Virus record (IMG/VR): IMGVR_UViG_3300028392_000144
Location: 1-37,991 of that record
Strand: one strand, 5' to 3'
Length of the DNA stretch: 37,991 bases
DNA from: a virus
Lineage: Duplodnaviria > Caudoviricetes
The notes below the pieces were generated by a model. That model saw only the letters and a program-made list of their open reading frames with translations, had not been told where the DNA came from and made no database searches. Within the stretch, counting starts at the first letter, position 1; each line of letters opens with the position of its first letter. The translations under genes and the position numbers were made by a program. Positions 9,509 to 18,710 of this stretch are shown here, piece after piece.

Positions 9509-10682
9509 TTTAACCCAATCATCGGCAACGACGGCGACGACTACGCCGCAGTATTACACCGACTACATCACCAACCTTGCCAACAAAGGCATTCAATATG
9601 GCGTTGGTGGACCAAATCAACCTGCGTTTGCTGATGCCACGCCGTTGCAACAGGCCGCCTTTACTGGCGTACAAAACCAAGTAGGCACCTACGGTCCCGC
9701 GTTAACTGCTGCAGCAACATCGCTGGGCAAGGCCTACGACACTGACATCACCGGTGCTGTCAACCCGTACCTGACATCGGGCACCTCCAGCTCGGCGGAT
9801 CTGGTGAACAACTACATGAATCCGTACACCAGCAATGTGGTGGACAAGATTCGTTTAGCCAACCAACAGAACATCCAGCAGAACCTGTCCCCCGGCATCA
9901 CGGGCGGCGCAGTGGGCTCTGGCCAATTCGGCTCGCAGCGCGGCGCCAACGCCCTCGCCTTGGGCATCTCCAACGCTGACATCGGCGCATTGGCCCAGCA
10001 ATCTGCTGCGCTGCAATCGGGCTACTCTGACGCGCTCAAGGCCGCACAAGCTCAGCGCGCTAACCAGATGCAGGCCGCCCAGATGGCTGGCAACGCGGCT
10101 ACCCAGCAGGCGCAGAACTACCGCGACGTCGGCACCCAAGCCATGAACTTTGCGCAGCAAAAGCAGACGCAGTCCTTGGCTGATGTAAATGCCTTGGCCA
10201 CCCTCGGTGCCCAGCAGCAGCAGATCGCCCAGAACAAACAGCTCTTCCCGCTGGACGTGCTGGCCAAGCAGGCAGGCTTGCTTAGCGGAGCCCAGATCCC
10301 AACGACCCAGACACAACAAATGACCGGATCGCCGCTATCTGCCATCGCGGGCCTTGGTACCCTTGGTGTGGGATTGTTCTCCCAAAATGCACAAGGCAAA
10401 TCTCCATGGGATACCATTAAAGCCGCATTTAGTGGCTCAAATAATGTTACAGGCCGCGATCCAGTTACTGGCAGCTTGCTGCCGGGCTATGTTTTAAACA
10501 CCAGCGGCCAGCCAACACTGATTCCGGGCAATACCGGAACAGGACTTGATGTTCGAACAGGCAGTGGATTCCAAGGCACCCAGAACGTTGGTACGGTGAA
10601 CGGCGAGACGTATAACCCCTACACCCCTTATGTGGACCCAAATACGGGCGCAGTAACTGACATAAACGATTTTGATTTTTAA
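9501..10682 (+). CDS. Putative DNA ejection / pilot protein
   Basis: Gln/Ala/Gly-rich with YMNPY, GQFGSQRG and a GLGTLGVGLF hydrophobic stretch; position matches podoviral ejection genes. Confidence 0.6.
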   Translation: MADLTQSSATTATTTPQYYTDYITNLANKGIQYGVGGPNQPAFADATPLQQAAFTGVQNQVGTYGPALTAAATSLGKAYDTDITGAVNPYLTSGTSSSADLVNNYMNPYTSNVVDKIRLANQQNIQQNLSPGITGGAVGSGQFGSQRGANALALGISNADIGALAQQSAALQSGYSDALKAAQAQRANQMQAAQMAGNAATQQAQNYRDVGTQAMNFAQQKQTQSLADVNALATLGAQQQQIAQNKQLFPLDVLAKQAGLLSGAQIPTTQTQQMTGSPLSAIAGLGTLGVGLFSQNAQGKSPWDTIKAAFSGSNNVTGRDPVTGSLLPGYVLNTSGQPTLIPGNTGTGLDVRTGSGFQGTQNVGTVNGETYNPYTPYVDPNTGAVTDINDFDF

Positions 10683-10702
10683 TCGTTTAAAAGGAATAGA
10701 TC

Positions 10703-12175
10703 ATGGGAATTGAAGCGGAAAAAGTCATGTCTGGTCTGGGCGGTTTGGCGCAGCCAATTAACCCCACCAACTTGACTGCGGACAACCTTACTGAATACCA
10801 AAAGACGCTGCAAGATGCGATGCAATCATTGCAACAGCGTTACGAAAATCCTAACTGGTTTAACGTAGCCGCAGGATTTTTTAAGCCCCAATTGGGTGGC
10901 TTTGCCGCGTCCTTGGGTAGTGCCTCGCAAGCGCTTGGCCAGAACCTTGAAAGCCAGCGCCAATCAGAGATTCCCGTTGCGGCAATGCGGGCTGAATTGG
11001 GCCGTGTCGGTCTAATTCAAAAACAGAAAAATGATGCGGATCAATTGTTAAAAACACAAGATCCAAATAAGCCTATACCCGCAAATGTGCTTGCCCAATT
11101 AGCAAAATTAGATCCAGACACGGCCACCGCTGCCTTAAAGCAAAATGAAGAATTTACACGCTTGGGTCAACAAAAACAAACTCAGGTGTCCACCACTAGC
11201 GACGTTCTACGCAATCAGTCCTACATGGCGCAAAATCCGTGGCTCCGTGGAATTGACGACGAGCTAAGCAGCATCTCTAAAAAGACGCCAGAAGAAGCAG
11301 CGGCGGTCATCACAAAACTAGATAAATCGCGTCCAGCGAGTATTGATCCCATTACGTGGAATAGCTTGAACCCGGACGACAAGCTGGAAAAGATTAATGC
11401 ATATGCCTCAACCCAAGCCAAAACCGGTTTGGATGAGGAGGCCAAAGCCCGCGAACAAGCGCAAGGCGCAAACTCCATACTTCCGCACTTGCAAGAGTTG
11501 CGCGGCCTTGTGATCGGCAAAGGACCAGATGATCCAAACAACCTAATCGGTGTTCTAGGCCAATTCCAAGGTAATACATTGTTTGACTTGATTGCCAGAG
11601 AAGTCAATAAAAATGGTTTGACCAACGGCGGCCTTGGCAAGGACTTGGAAGCCTCTTTGGCCAACCTAAAAGCCACGCCGGACCAGATCAACCGGCTCCA
11701 AGTGCTTATCAAAGGTTTGGCCCAATTGCAGGCTGATAAGCGTGATTCGGCCAACAACCCGACAAACCTATACCAGTACCTTCAGCAGCAGGGCTCACCC
11801 ACCATTGCCAATACCGGCAACGCCATGGTGCGCATGTTCGACATGGCCGCCGCCGGTGCCCGCCGCGATCTGGATTCCTACGCGGCGCGTATCGACAGCG
11901 GTATCGACGCTCGGCATCTGGACACCACGGGGCCATTGCCCGACATACGTAACAAGTACAGCAGCCTGCGCAAGCAACTGGCCCTTGAGAACCCGACGAA
12001 CGATATGCCCTCGTTCTACACAGGTCCTACGTTCTGGACCGGGAAAAGCACTGCGCCTGCTGCGGAAGCCGCTGCGCCTGCTAAGCGGGCGCCTACTCAA
12101 GCCGACCGCGATTACGTGGCAAAGAACCCCGGCATGCGGGCCAAATTCATTGCAACCTTTGGTGTGGAGCCGTAA
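10703..12175 (+). CDS. Putative ejection / internal virion protein
   Basis: Helical Gln/Lys/Ala-rich protein; N-terminal AAGFFKP.LGGF...LG motif; AAGGA RBS. Confidence 0.55.
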   Translation: MGIEAEKVMSGLGGLAQPINPTNLTADNLTEYQKTLQDAMQSLQQRYENPNWFNVAAGFFKPQLGGFAASLGSASQALGQNLESQRQSEIPVAAMRAELGRVGLIQKQKNDADQLLKTQDPNKPIPANVLAQLAKLDPDTATAALKQNEEFTRLGQQKQTQVSTTSDVLRNQSYMAQNPWLRGIDDELSSISKKTPEEAAAVITKLDKSRPASIDPITWNSLNPDDKLEKINAYASTQAKTGLDEEAKAREQAQGANSILPHLQELRGLVIGKGPDDPNNLIGVLGQFQGNTLFDLIAREVNKNGLTNGGLGKDLEASLANLKATPDQINRLQVLIKGLAQLQADKRDSANNPTNLYQYLQQQGSPTIANTGNAMVRMFDMAAAGARRDLDSYAARIDSGIDARHLDTTGPLPDIRNKYSSLRKQLALENPTNDMPSFYTGPTFWTGKSTAPAAEAAAPAKRAPTQADRDYVAKNPGMRAKFIATFGVEP

Positions 12176-13777
12176 ATGAGTAAAGACGCTGTACCTGACT
12201 GGGCTCAAGATACGACACCCGATTGGGTCGCTAAACCATCGGCTGCGCCGGCGGCCCCTTCTGCTGCTGCATTGGAAAATCAAGCTAGAGGGGACGCTGG
12301 AGCAGCGACGGCGGCAACAAATAAAGAAGAATCCTTAGTCATATTGCAAGACCAATTTCAAAAAGCGCAACAAGCCTACAGCGCCGCGTTGGCTTCAGGT
12401 GAGGCGGATAGAATCGCCCGCGAAAAAGCAAATGTTGAAGGCGCCGCACGAGAAATAAATCGTGTTCAACCGGGTGCTGCACCAAATGTTAATCACACGG
12501 TTCCGGGGCGCATGGCCACTGCGGCTAAGACCGTTGGCCAAAATATGCCCGAGAACGAACTGGCGCAACGTGGCGCCTACGGGACTTTGGGCGCGGGCAC
12601 TGCGATGTTAACTACCGGGGCTCCCATCGCGCTTTATCGTACAGCGATGGCTGTCAAAAAAGCTCTGGAGAACCGCGTTCCCCCAGCCCCCGCAGGAACA
12701 TCGGCGGCCCCTTCAGCGGCACCAGCCGCAGCGGTGCCAGAAGTAACGCCGGGAGCCGGTACAACTAGCGGAACGTCGGTAGTTCCGCCTTCTGAACAAA
12801 CGATCCGAATTTTGCAAGGTGGTGATAGCGATACCAAGGGCACTTCGGGGCGCGCACGGCAAACCGGTTACAACATCCAGACCGCGCAGGAAGCCGCAAT
12901 AAAGGCACAACTGGAAACGCTCATGCGCGGCGGCATGAGCGAGCTAGATGCGCGTGCGTACCTAGCAAATATGCCGGGCCTTACCGCGACCGAGAGCGGG
13001 GTTATAGCCCCTCGAACAGCGCCGGTGCCGACTGCTGGGCCGCGTTTTAGCCCATCGGTATGGCGCCGTGAACGGGCCATCGGCCCCCCTCCTTGGGTTG
13101 GCATGGGCTCGCCCACCGTCGGTGACGTGCGCCCCGGCGCGGGCGGCACCCCCGCACCGGCGGCCCCGGCTGTGCCTCCTCCGCCTCCACTACCAGCGGC
13201 CCCCGCAGGCCCCTCGGTTTACGAGTCCGCGCTCAATGCCGTTAAGGACTACGGCACTCGTGCTGGACGTACTTTTGCCGACGTTGCGCAGCATCCGCTT
13301 GCGGTGAGCGGCGCAGTCGGTTTTGGAGTTGGTTCTCAAGCACCTGAAATAATGGAGCATTTGAACAAAAAAGACTACGGCGGCGTGGCCGCAGACATCG
13401 GCAAAGGAGCGGCCTACGGCACCATCCCTGCATTGTTGCCAGCGGCAGTCCAACGCGGGCTAGCCGTGGCGGGGCCAATGGCAGGCGCGGGAATGAACAT
13501 ATACGACGCCGGTAAACGCGCCTTAAACAGCGATTACACCGGCTCCATGATTTCCGGCGCTGGTGGCCTAGCGGCACTTGCTCCCCTTGCAATTAGCGGC
13601 CCTGTAGGCTGGACAGTAGGTGGCCTTGGTATGCTTACCCCGGCAATCATTAATTACCTGCGCGATAAAGAAGCCCGCGAACGCGCAGGGGGCGGCAGGG
13701 GATTTGTTAATCCCCAAGAAAACTATGTGCCTACGCGCCCCGTTGCTGGCCGCGATTCTTCTCGGATGTCTCCGTAG
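12176..13777 (+). CDS. Putative ejection / internal virion protein with Gly/Ala-rich hydrophobic C-terminus
   Basis: Abuts the upstream stop; Pro/Ala linkers and glycine-zipper-like segments; last gene before the terminator. Confidence 0.5.
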   Translation: MSKDAVPDWAQDTTPDWVAKPSAAPAAPSAAALENQARGDAGAATAATNKEESLVILQDQFQKAQQAYSAALASGEADRIAREKANVEGAAREINRVQPGAAPNVNHTVPGRMATAAKTVGQNMPENELAQRGAYGTLGAGTAMLTTGAPIALYRTAMAVKKALENRVPPAPAGTSAAPSAAPAAAVPEVTPGAGTTSGTSVVPPSEQTIRILQGGDSDTKGTSGRARQTGYNIQTAQEAAIKAQLETLMRGGMSELDARAYLANMPGLTATESGVIAPRTAPVPTAGPRFSPSVWRRERAIGPPPWVGMGSPTVGDVRPGAGGTPAPAAPAVPPPPPLPAAPAGPSVYESALNAVKDYGTRAGRTFADVAQHPLAVSGAVGFGVGSQAPEIMEHLNKKDYGGVAADIGKGAAYGTIPALLPAAVQRGLAVAGPMAGAGMNIYDAGKRALNSDYTGSMISGAGGLAALAPLAISGPVGWTVGGLGMLTPAIINYLRDKEARERAGGGRGFVNPQENYVPTRPVAGRDSSRMSP

Positions 13778-13875
13778 GGCCGTAGGCAAGGTACAAAATT
13801 AAAAGTGTTTTGGCGGAAACAAAACAAGCTAAGATTATCCACATATTGCTTTCTCCTCGATCCAAGCAGATCGTT

Positions 13876-13903
13876 AGCCCCCGTCACCGGGGGCTTTTTT
13901 TTT
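13876..13903 (+). terminator. Rho-independent terminator at convergence of the late and leftward operons
   Basis: AGCCCCCG-TCAC-CGGGGGCT hairpin followed by a long T run. Confidence 0.85.
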
Positions 13904-14141
13904 ACATGTGCCCGCGCTTTTCGCGCAGCTTGGCGGCCACTTCGCTGTTAAGCGACTCCACGAACTTGATGCACTGGGTGCGCTCCTCGCGGGCGTATTT
14001 CAAGGCCACGGCGTTCTTGATCTTTTTGGCGAATTCCAGCACCTCTAGGTTGTCGCAGTAGATGCCCTTGGGGTCGATGGGCGCGTCAGGGGCTTGGCTG
14101 CGGCACTGCATCACGATCTGTTTAATCTGGTCTTCGGTCAT
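13902..14141 (-). CDS. Hypothetical protein
   Basis: AGGAG RBS; coupled to the upstream exonuclease stop. Confidence 0.75.
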   Translation of the reverse strand: MTEDQIKQIVMQCRSQAPDAPIDPKGIYCDNLEVLEFAKKIKNAVALKYAREERTQCIKFVESLNSEVAAKLREKRGHM

Positions 14142-14905
14142 TGGTGGTTACTCCTGATTTGCCAAAAAGATAAAAGGTGCATGAACATGGCCCAGCCGCG
14201 CTGAAGGTCTTCCTCGCTCCACTCCTTGATTACGCAAAGACCCGGCACAGACCGTGACACAAACACGTTTGCACAGCGTGCGTTTTGGACACCGAGGCCC
14301 ACGCGGTAAGCTGCGAGCTGCATCAGATGATCGTCATATGCATCCACCTTGGCTGGGTCCGTGAACTCCTTTGTCTTGATGTCCACAACATACCCGTCAC
14401 CTCCTCCAGCGGCTGGCACATATAGATCGCACTTACCGCCAAAACCCGCCTCGTGGGCGAAAGATCGCTCACTGATCCACTGCTGCTCACCGAAGTGCTC
14501 AGCAATGGTTTTAACGCATCCTGCGACGTTTTGTACGTGCTTGCCGGTTGGATGGCCTTCGTAGTGGCCCTGTACGGATGCGTGGATGTCCGTCCCCGCA
14601 TCGGCCGCAGATCGGCCCTGTTCTTTTGAATCATGAATTATTCGTTCGCAGTAATCTTTGTCGCTCTCCTCTGGCCGCTTGGGCAGGGTAAGAGCTGCTA
14701 GTAGCACCTGTTGCTGCAGCCAAGCCGTTAAAGCGGGCTTTGCTGCGACGTTGAGCACGGTGGTGACCGAAGGTACTAAGTTCTCGACGCGGGCGTCTCT
14801 GAGCGTCGTAGGACGCGTCTTTCCGCTCTTGCCGGTGACAGTGTACCTTGGCACGCCATCGCGGGTGTACCAGTGCGTAGATTCTGCTGGTCGGATGATG
14901 TTCAC
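14138..14905 (-). CDS. PD-(D/E)XK exonuclease (phage Cas4/lambda-exo-like)
   Basis: PSVTTVL, GTDIH, GGKCD, VVDIKT and QLAAY motifs. Confidence 0.85.
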   Translation of the reverse strand: MNIIRPAESTHWYTRDGVPRYTVTGKSGKTRPTTLRDARVENLVPSVTTVLNVAAKPALTAWLQQQVLLAALTLPKRPEESDKDYCERIIHDSKEQGRSAADAGTDIHASVQGHYEGHPTGKHVQNVAGCVKTIAEHFGEQQWISERSFAHEAGFGGKCDLYVPAAGGGDGYVVDIKTKEFTDPAKVDAYDDHLMQLAAYRVGLGVQNARCANVFVSRSVPGLCVIKEWSEEDLQRGWAMFMHLLSFWQIRSNHQ

Positions 14906-15396
14906 GTTGCTTCCTTTAGGTTATAAATCTTCGCGCCGTCCATCGAGATGTAGGCATTATTTCTTGCGATACTTCCGCCGTTGATCGTAGCCTGCGTCGT
15001 CGTATTCTTGATAAGCATCTCTGCCATTAAATTTCCTTGGGCGTCGCATAGCTTTTGGACCATCAAGGTCTTGTCTTCCACGAGGTAGAGCAAACCGATA
15101 CAGTTCACTCCGAGCGAGGTCGCTATCTTCATAGCGTTCTGTACTTTGTCCCATGTTACTAACCACTGATTGTTAAATTTGGTTTGAAATTGCGGCAGGG
15201 TCGTGTTGTAGCGGCACTTGGTCTCTACTACCGCCTTCATGAAGCCTGCCTTGCTGTCGGTGATGATTGCATCGATCAATGCGGGTGAGTCCTTTGGAGT
15301 CTCGATGTATCGACAGTCCCATTTGTTCTCAATCCACATTGATACGATGCGCTCGTGCATCAGCGAGTCCTGACCACGAGCCGATAAGATGTCCAT
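14902..15396 (-). CDS. Putative PD-(D/E)XK nuclease-fold protein
   Basis: IDAII...VVETKCR pattern; coupled to both neighbours. Confidence 0.55.
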   Translation of the reverse strand: MDILSARGQDSLMHERIVSMWIENKWDCRYIETPKDSPALIDAIITDSKAGFMKAVVETKCRYNTTLPQFQTKFNNQWLVTWDKVQNAMKIATSLGVNCIGLLYLVEDKTLMVQKLCDAQGNLMAEMLIKNTTTQATINGGSIARNNAYISMDGAKIYNLKEAT

Positions 15397-16037
15397 CAGA
15401 AGGGCACGTCGTCTTCCATGTCATCAAACCTCCAGCCCGCTGGAGCATGGACCCGTGGCGCCTGCGATAACGCCCTCCACTCGGGCGACATCTCGATCTT
15501 TGCGCGGATGCCCTTGGAGAGCTTCTCAAAGACCTTCATGTCGGGCTCGTCCAAGCTGAAGCTGGAGGTCTCGTTAAACGGCTCGGGCAGCCCGGCCTTC
15601 TTGATGGCCGCAGGCACGCCGTTAATGTTCACGATGTTCGCGTAGGTCTTGCCGTTGTTGCCTTGGGCATGGACCACAGAGATCATCGCCCATGCGCCCA
15701 AGATCGTCTTGAGGTCAAAGCGGCGCAGCTCTGCGTCGGTGAAGTCCCGGCCACGCCAAGACACCAGATCGGCCCGTAGCGAGGCCTTCTCGGCCAGCGA
15801 CAGCGTGTAGTTCTTGCTGATCGACATCGGCTTGCCGTCGTCCATCACAATAGGCTGCCCGTCCTCGTCCTCGCCGTGGATCTCAAAAGAGACCATCACC
15901 TTGCGAAGCATTTTGGTTTGGCCTTGCCACTCTTGCTTTTGGGTCCCGAGGTCTACCAGTCGGTAGCACCGGGCCATGTGCATGCCTGCGGGCACTTGTT
16001 TGAAGTCTGCGTTTCCACCAGTGTCACTCACTATCAT
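15396..16037 (-). CDS. Putative ssDNA-binding / replication protein (NGO0469-like)
   Basis: VPAG.H.ARCY..VDLGTQ N-terminus and acidic DDMEDDVPF tail typical of SSBs. Confidence 0.7.
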   Translation of the reverse strand: MIVSDTGGNADFKQVPAGMHMARCYRLVDLGTQKQEWQGQTKMLRKVMVSFEIHGEDEDGQPIVMDDGKPMSISKNYTLSLAEKASLRADLVSWRGRDFTDAELRRFDLKTILGAWAMISVVHAQGNNGKTYANIVNINGVPAAIKKAGLPEPFNETSSFSLDEPDMKVFEKLSKGIRAKIEMSPEWRALSQAPRVHAPAGWRFDDMEDDVPF

Positions 16038-16197
16038 ATTTCACCTCTTCAAAGTTAAGTTTTGGAATTGTGGGCATACCAAGCTCGGCGCGCAGTATGT
16101 TCCAGTCTTCCCACGATGCCATGCCTGCCTCTGCGCGGCAAAGCGCGTCGGCAAGTATCTTCTGGCGTTCTGCCATCAGCTCTGCGTACTCAGTCAT
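16024..16197 (-). CDS. 57-aa hypothetical protein (not in ORF track)
   Basis: Manual translation MTEYAELMAERQKILADALCRAEAG...EEVKYDSE; GAGGG upstream; first gene of the leftward operon. Confidence 0.65.
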   Translation of the reverse strand: MTEYAELMAERQKILADALCRAEAGMASWEDWNILRAELGMPTIPKLNFEEVKYDSE

Positions 16198-16225
16198 AAT
16201 GTACCCTCTGCTTAAACAGGCCCCG

Positions 16226-16277
16226 ATAATAGCACGTTAAGTTTGGCTTGCACAAGCCATTTTTGCCATGGTATTAT
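16226..16277. promoter_or_regulatory. Back-to-back sigma70-like promoters sharing a palindromic operator
   Basis: TGGCTTG-CA-CAAGCCA at 16244-16259 covers both -35 elements; TATTAT -10 hexamers at 16272-16277 (+) and 16226-16231 (-). Confidence 0.6.
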
Positions 16278-16297
16278 GAAATTTTAAAGGAGAGCAA

Positions 16298-16504
16298 ATG
16301 ACGTTAAAAGAATATTTTGAGAAGCTGCCCCGGGGCGCCAAGGTCAAGATGGCCAAAGAACTCAAGATCACCAAGACGTGGCTTTCGTTGGTTTTAAACA
16401 ACAAATTCCAGCCCAGCCCCCAGTTGGCCATGGCCATCCAAGAGTACACGCGAGAAGCAGTAAAGGCCAAGGACCTGCGTCCAGACATTTGGGGCAAGAA
16501 ATGA
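16298..16504 (+). CDS. Cro / YdaS-like HTH regulator
   Basis: MAKELKITKTWLS HTH, PSPQLAMAI and DLRPDIW motifs; AAGGAG RBS. Confidence 0.85.
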   Translation: MTLKEYFEKLPRGAKVKMAKELKITKTWLSLVLNNKFQPSPQLAMAIQEYTREAVKAKDLRPDIWGKK

Positions 16505-16821
16505 AGTGGTACCGCTTTGAAATCGACGAGTACCTCGACTCCACCGAGCACCTGCTGGACTCCGAGGATCTGGCCTACCGGCGCCTGCTGGACATGTACT
16601 ACATCACCGAGGAGCCGCTGCCCAACGACATCCGCCTGCTCGAGGTGGCCATCAGGTTAAACAAAGAAGAATTTGAGCGCGTGCTCGAGGAGTTCTTCGT
16701 GCTTACACCAGACGGATACCGGCACCACCAAGCCGATATGTGGCTAAAAAAGCGCATCCATCAACGAGATATTAACCTTCAGGCCGGCCTGAAAGGTGGA
16801 AGACGCAAAAAAGTGGTATAA
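16501..16821 (+). CDS. DUF1376 (YdaU-like) protein, short copy
   Basis: MKWYRFEIDEY...EDLAYRRLLDMYY..E.PL; start overlaps the cro stop. Confidence 0.8.
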   Translation: MKWYRFEIDEYLDSTEHLLDSEDLAYRRLLDMYYITEEPLPNDIRLLEVAIRLNKEEFERVLEEFFVLTPDGYRHHQADMWLKKRIHQRDINLQAGLKGGRRKKVV

Positions 16822-16828
16822 AATGTGT

Positions 16829-16920
16829 GAAACCCGGCTAGGCACGAAGTCATGAGCGTGCCGAAAAGCGAGCCTCCCCGCCTGCCGACGTTTCCTTGTT
16901 AGTGGAGGACAGCGAAGGAA
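16829..16920 (+). ncRNA. Candidate structured cis-regulatory RNA leader
   Basis: Nested pairings GAAAC/GTTTC, CGGC/GCCG, GGCACG/CGTGCC and GCG/CGC; an alternative TTCCTT/AAGGAA stem covers the RBS. Confidence 0.45.
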
Positions 16921-16925
16921 AAACC

Positions 16926-17672
16926 ATGCACTATTTCCAATTCCATATTGGGGACTACAAGAGCCATACCCACCACCTTACGGTGCTTGAGGACATCGCC
17001 TACCGGCGGCTTTTGGACCACTACTACCTACACGAAGCGCCTATCAGGCAGCGGGACGTTGCACGCCAAATAGGCATGCGCGACCATGAGCAGGAGGTGC
17101 TTAGCGTGCTCGACGAGTTCTTTGTAAGCACCGAGCAAGGGTTTATCAACCCCCGCGCAGACGCAGAGATTGCCAAGTATCGGGAGATGGTTGACGCTGG
17201 TAAACGTGGGGCGGCTAAGCGGTGGCAATCCCCACCCGATAGCCCCCCTATTGCCCCCCCTAATGCTACCCCAATAGCAACCAATAACCATAAACCAATA
17301 ACCAAGAAACCAATAGATACAGTCGCCACACCTGACGGTGTGACGGAATCTGTTTGGCAGGATTTCCTAAGCCTACGCAAAGCCAAGAGAGCAGCCGTCA
17401 CCCAGACTGCTGTTAACGGTATTGAGCGCGAAGCGCGTAAGGCCGGGGTGAGCCTGCAGGCCGCACTCGAGATGTGCTGCCAGCGCGGGTGGGTTGGCTT
17501 CAAGGCCGACTGGGTGGCCGAGAAGATGACTGCCGCGCAAAAAGCGCAGGCCAACATGCACGAGCTGACTCGCGGCCTGACCGCCCCCAAACCGTTTTGG
17601 GCCAAGCCGATACTTGCCAAGCCAATTCTGCAATTGGACGACGTTCCCCTGTTGGGCGGAGGTGAGTCATGA
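16926..17672 (+). CDS. Replication initiator-like DUF1376 protein
   Basis: MHYFQFHIGDY...AYRRLLDHYY, GKRGAAKRW, and C-terminal WQDFL.LRKAKRA...GW.GFKADW; contains iteron-like repeats. Confidence 0.8.
   Translation: MHYFQFHIGDYKSHTHHLTVLEDIAYRRLLDHYYLHEAPIRQRDVARQIGMRDHEQEVLSVLDEFFVSTEQGFINPRADAEIAKYREMVDAGKRGAAKRWQSPPDSPPIAPPNATPIATNNHKPITKKPIDTVATPDGVTESVWQDFLSLRKAKRAAVTQTAVNGIEREARKAGVSLQAALEMCCQRGWVGFKADWVAEKMTAAQKAQANMHELTRGLTAPKPFWAKPILAKPILQLDDVPLLGGGES
17230..17315. other. Putative replication origin (iterons plus A-rich repeats) inside the initiator gene
   Basis: Four ~12-bp C-rich repeats followed by repeated AACCA(A/T) units, analogous to lambda ori within gene O. Confidence 0.55.
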
Positions 17673-18022
17673 GCGACTTCTGCGACAAGGACACGGGCTT
17701 TGACTACGTCTTTGGCCGGCTAAGCGCCAACTATGGCGCCTCGTTTGCCCGGCACTGGGATGGCATCGACCCGAATATGATCCGCCAAGAATGGATAAAC
17801 CAACTTGGTATCTACCTAACCTATCGACCGATGATGGACTACGCCATCAACTGTTGCAACCCAGACTTCCCGCCCAGTGCGTTGAAGTTTAAGGAGCTTT
17901 GCAACAAAGGACCGGCGATACCCAAGGGCGACGCAATTGAGTACAGGCCCCGGCTTGTGCCCATGCCAGCAGAAGTGAAAGCGAAGATGGAACAACTTAA
18001 AGTGAAATGGAAAATGCAATGA
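17669..18022 (+). CDS. Putative helicase loader / replication protein P-like
   Basis: Directly follows the initiator; VF.RL.A.YG..F...W and FPPSALKFKELC motifs. Confidence 0.6.
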   Translation: MSDFCDKDTGFDYVFGRLSANYGASFARHWDGIDPNMIRQEWINQLGIYLTYRPMMDYAINCCNPDFPPSALKFKELCNKGPAIPKGDAIEYRPRLVPMPAEVKAKMEQLKVKWKMQ

Positions 18023-18300
18023 AATTCTCGAACCAAGAAGATACCAAGCACCTGCTCTGCACAATCCCGGGCTGTGGCCAGCGCTGGAGCATAAACATCG
18101 AGCGCCCTCTGTGCAGCTTCCACAAGTGGGGCTCCAACCCCACCCGCACCGAGCCGAGGGAAGTAACGCAGGGCGAGATCGACAACATCAAGGACAAGCG
18201 TTATTGGGCCAAGCGCATTCTGGCCGAGAACAACATAGGCATCAGGCGCCCAGTGGCGGTGGTCGAGATGGCCAAGCGGGCCATGAATGTTCAACTCTGA
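18019..18300 (+). CDS. Hypothetical protein with possible Zn finger
   Basis: CTIPGC...LCSFH; ATGA coupling. Confidence 0.7.
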   Translation: MKFSNQEDTKHLLCTIPGCGQRWSINIERPLCSFHKWGSNPTRTEPREVTQGEIDNIKDKRYWAKRILAENNIGIRRPVAVVEMAKRAMNVQL

Positions 18301-18475
18301 AGAGGCCTACCGGCGGATCTTTGAGCACTATCTCATGCTGTGCAAGATCCCCGGCTGGAAGGACCATGCATGGCACATGGTCAAGGAGCTGGACAAGGAC
18401 ACCAGTGGATTGTTTAAAGGCATCAAGAACGACATTATCAACGCAATGAAAAAACACAATGGCAGAACTAAATGA
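18287..18475 (+). CDS. Hypothetical protein
   Basis: Overlapping operon packing and coding-like codon usage. Confidence 0.7.
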   Translation: MFNSEEAYRRIFEHYLMLCKIPGWKDHAWHMVKELDKDTSGLFKGIKNDIINAMKKHNGRTK

Positions 18476-18710
18476 CTTCCAACGCAGGATCATCCTTAAA
18501 CAGGGCGCAGGCGTAACCCTGTACACCCAAAAGGAGTTTGACGCAGCACTAAACGAGGCAAAGGCCGAGATCATGGCCATTGCTATCCAGACCACCCGGC
18601 AGGCCATCCTTATCGAGCGCGAGGAGTGCGCCAAGCTGGCCGACGAGTGCGTGAACATAGAGGAGCTCGGAGAGGCCATCCGCAACCGTATACCGAGCCA
18701 GCGCCAATGA
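18459..18710 (+). CDS. Hypothetical protein
   Basis: EREECAKLAD...AIRNR motif common in small phage proteins. Confidence 0.75.
   Translation: MAELNDFQRRIILKQGAGVTLYTQKEFDAALNEAKAEIMAIAIQTTRQAILIEREECAKLADECVNIEELGEAIRNRIPSQRQ

Noticed and set aside
13810-14061. 83-aa plus-strand ORF after the ejection genes
   Set aside because: TTG start, runs through the terminator and overlaps a better-supported minus-strand gene.
14138-14905. Cas4-like nuclease as evidence of a CRISPR system
   Set aside because: Stand-alone phage exonuclease in a recombination operon; no array or other cas genes.
16829-16894. Possible hammerhead ribozyme (TGAG...CGAAA)
   Set aside because: Lacks the CUGANGA core in the required junction position; kept only as a generic structured RNA candidate.
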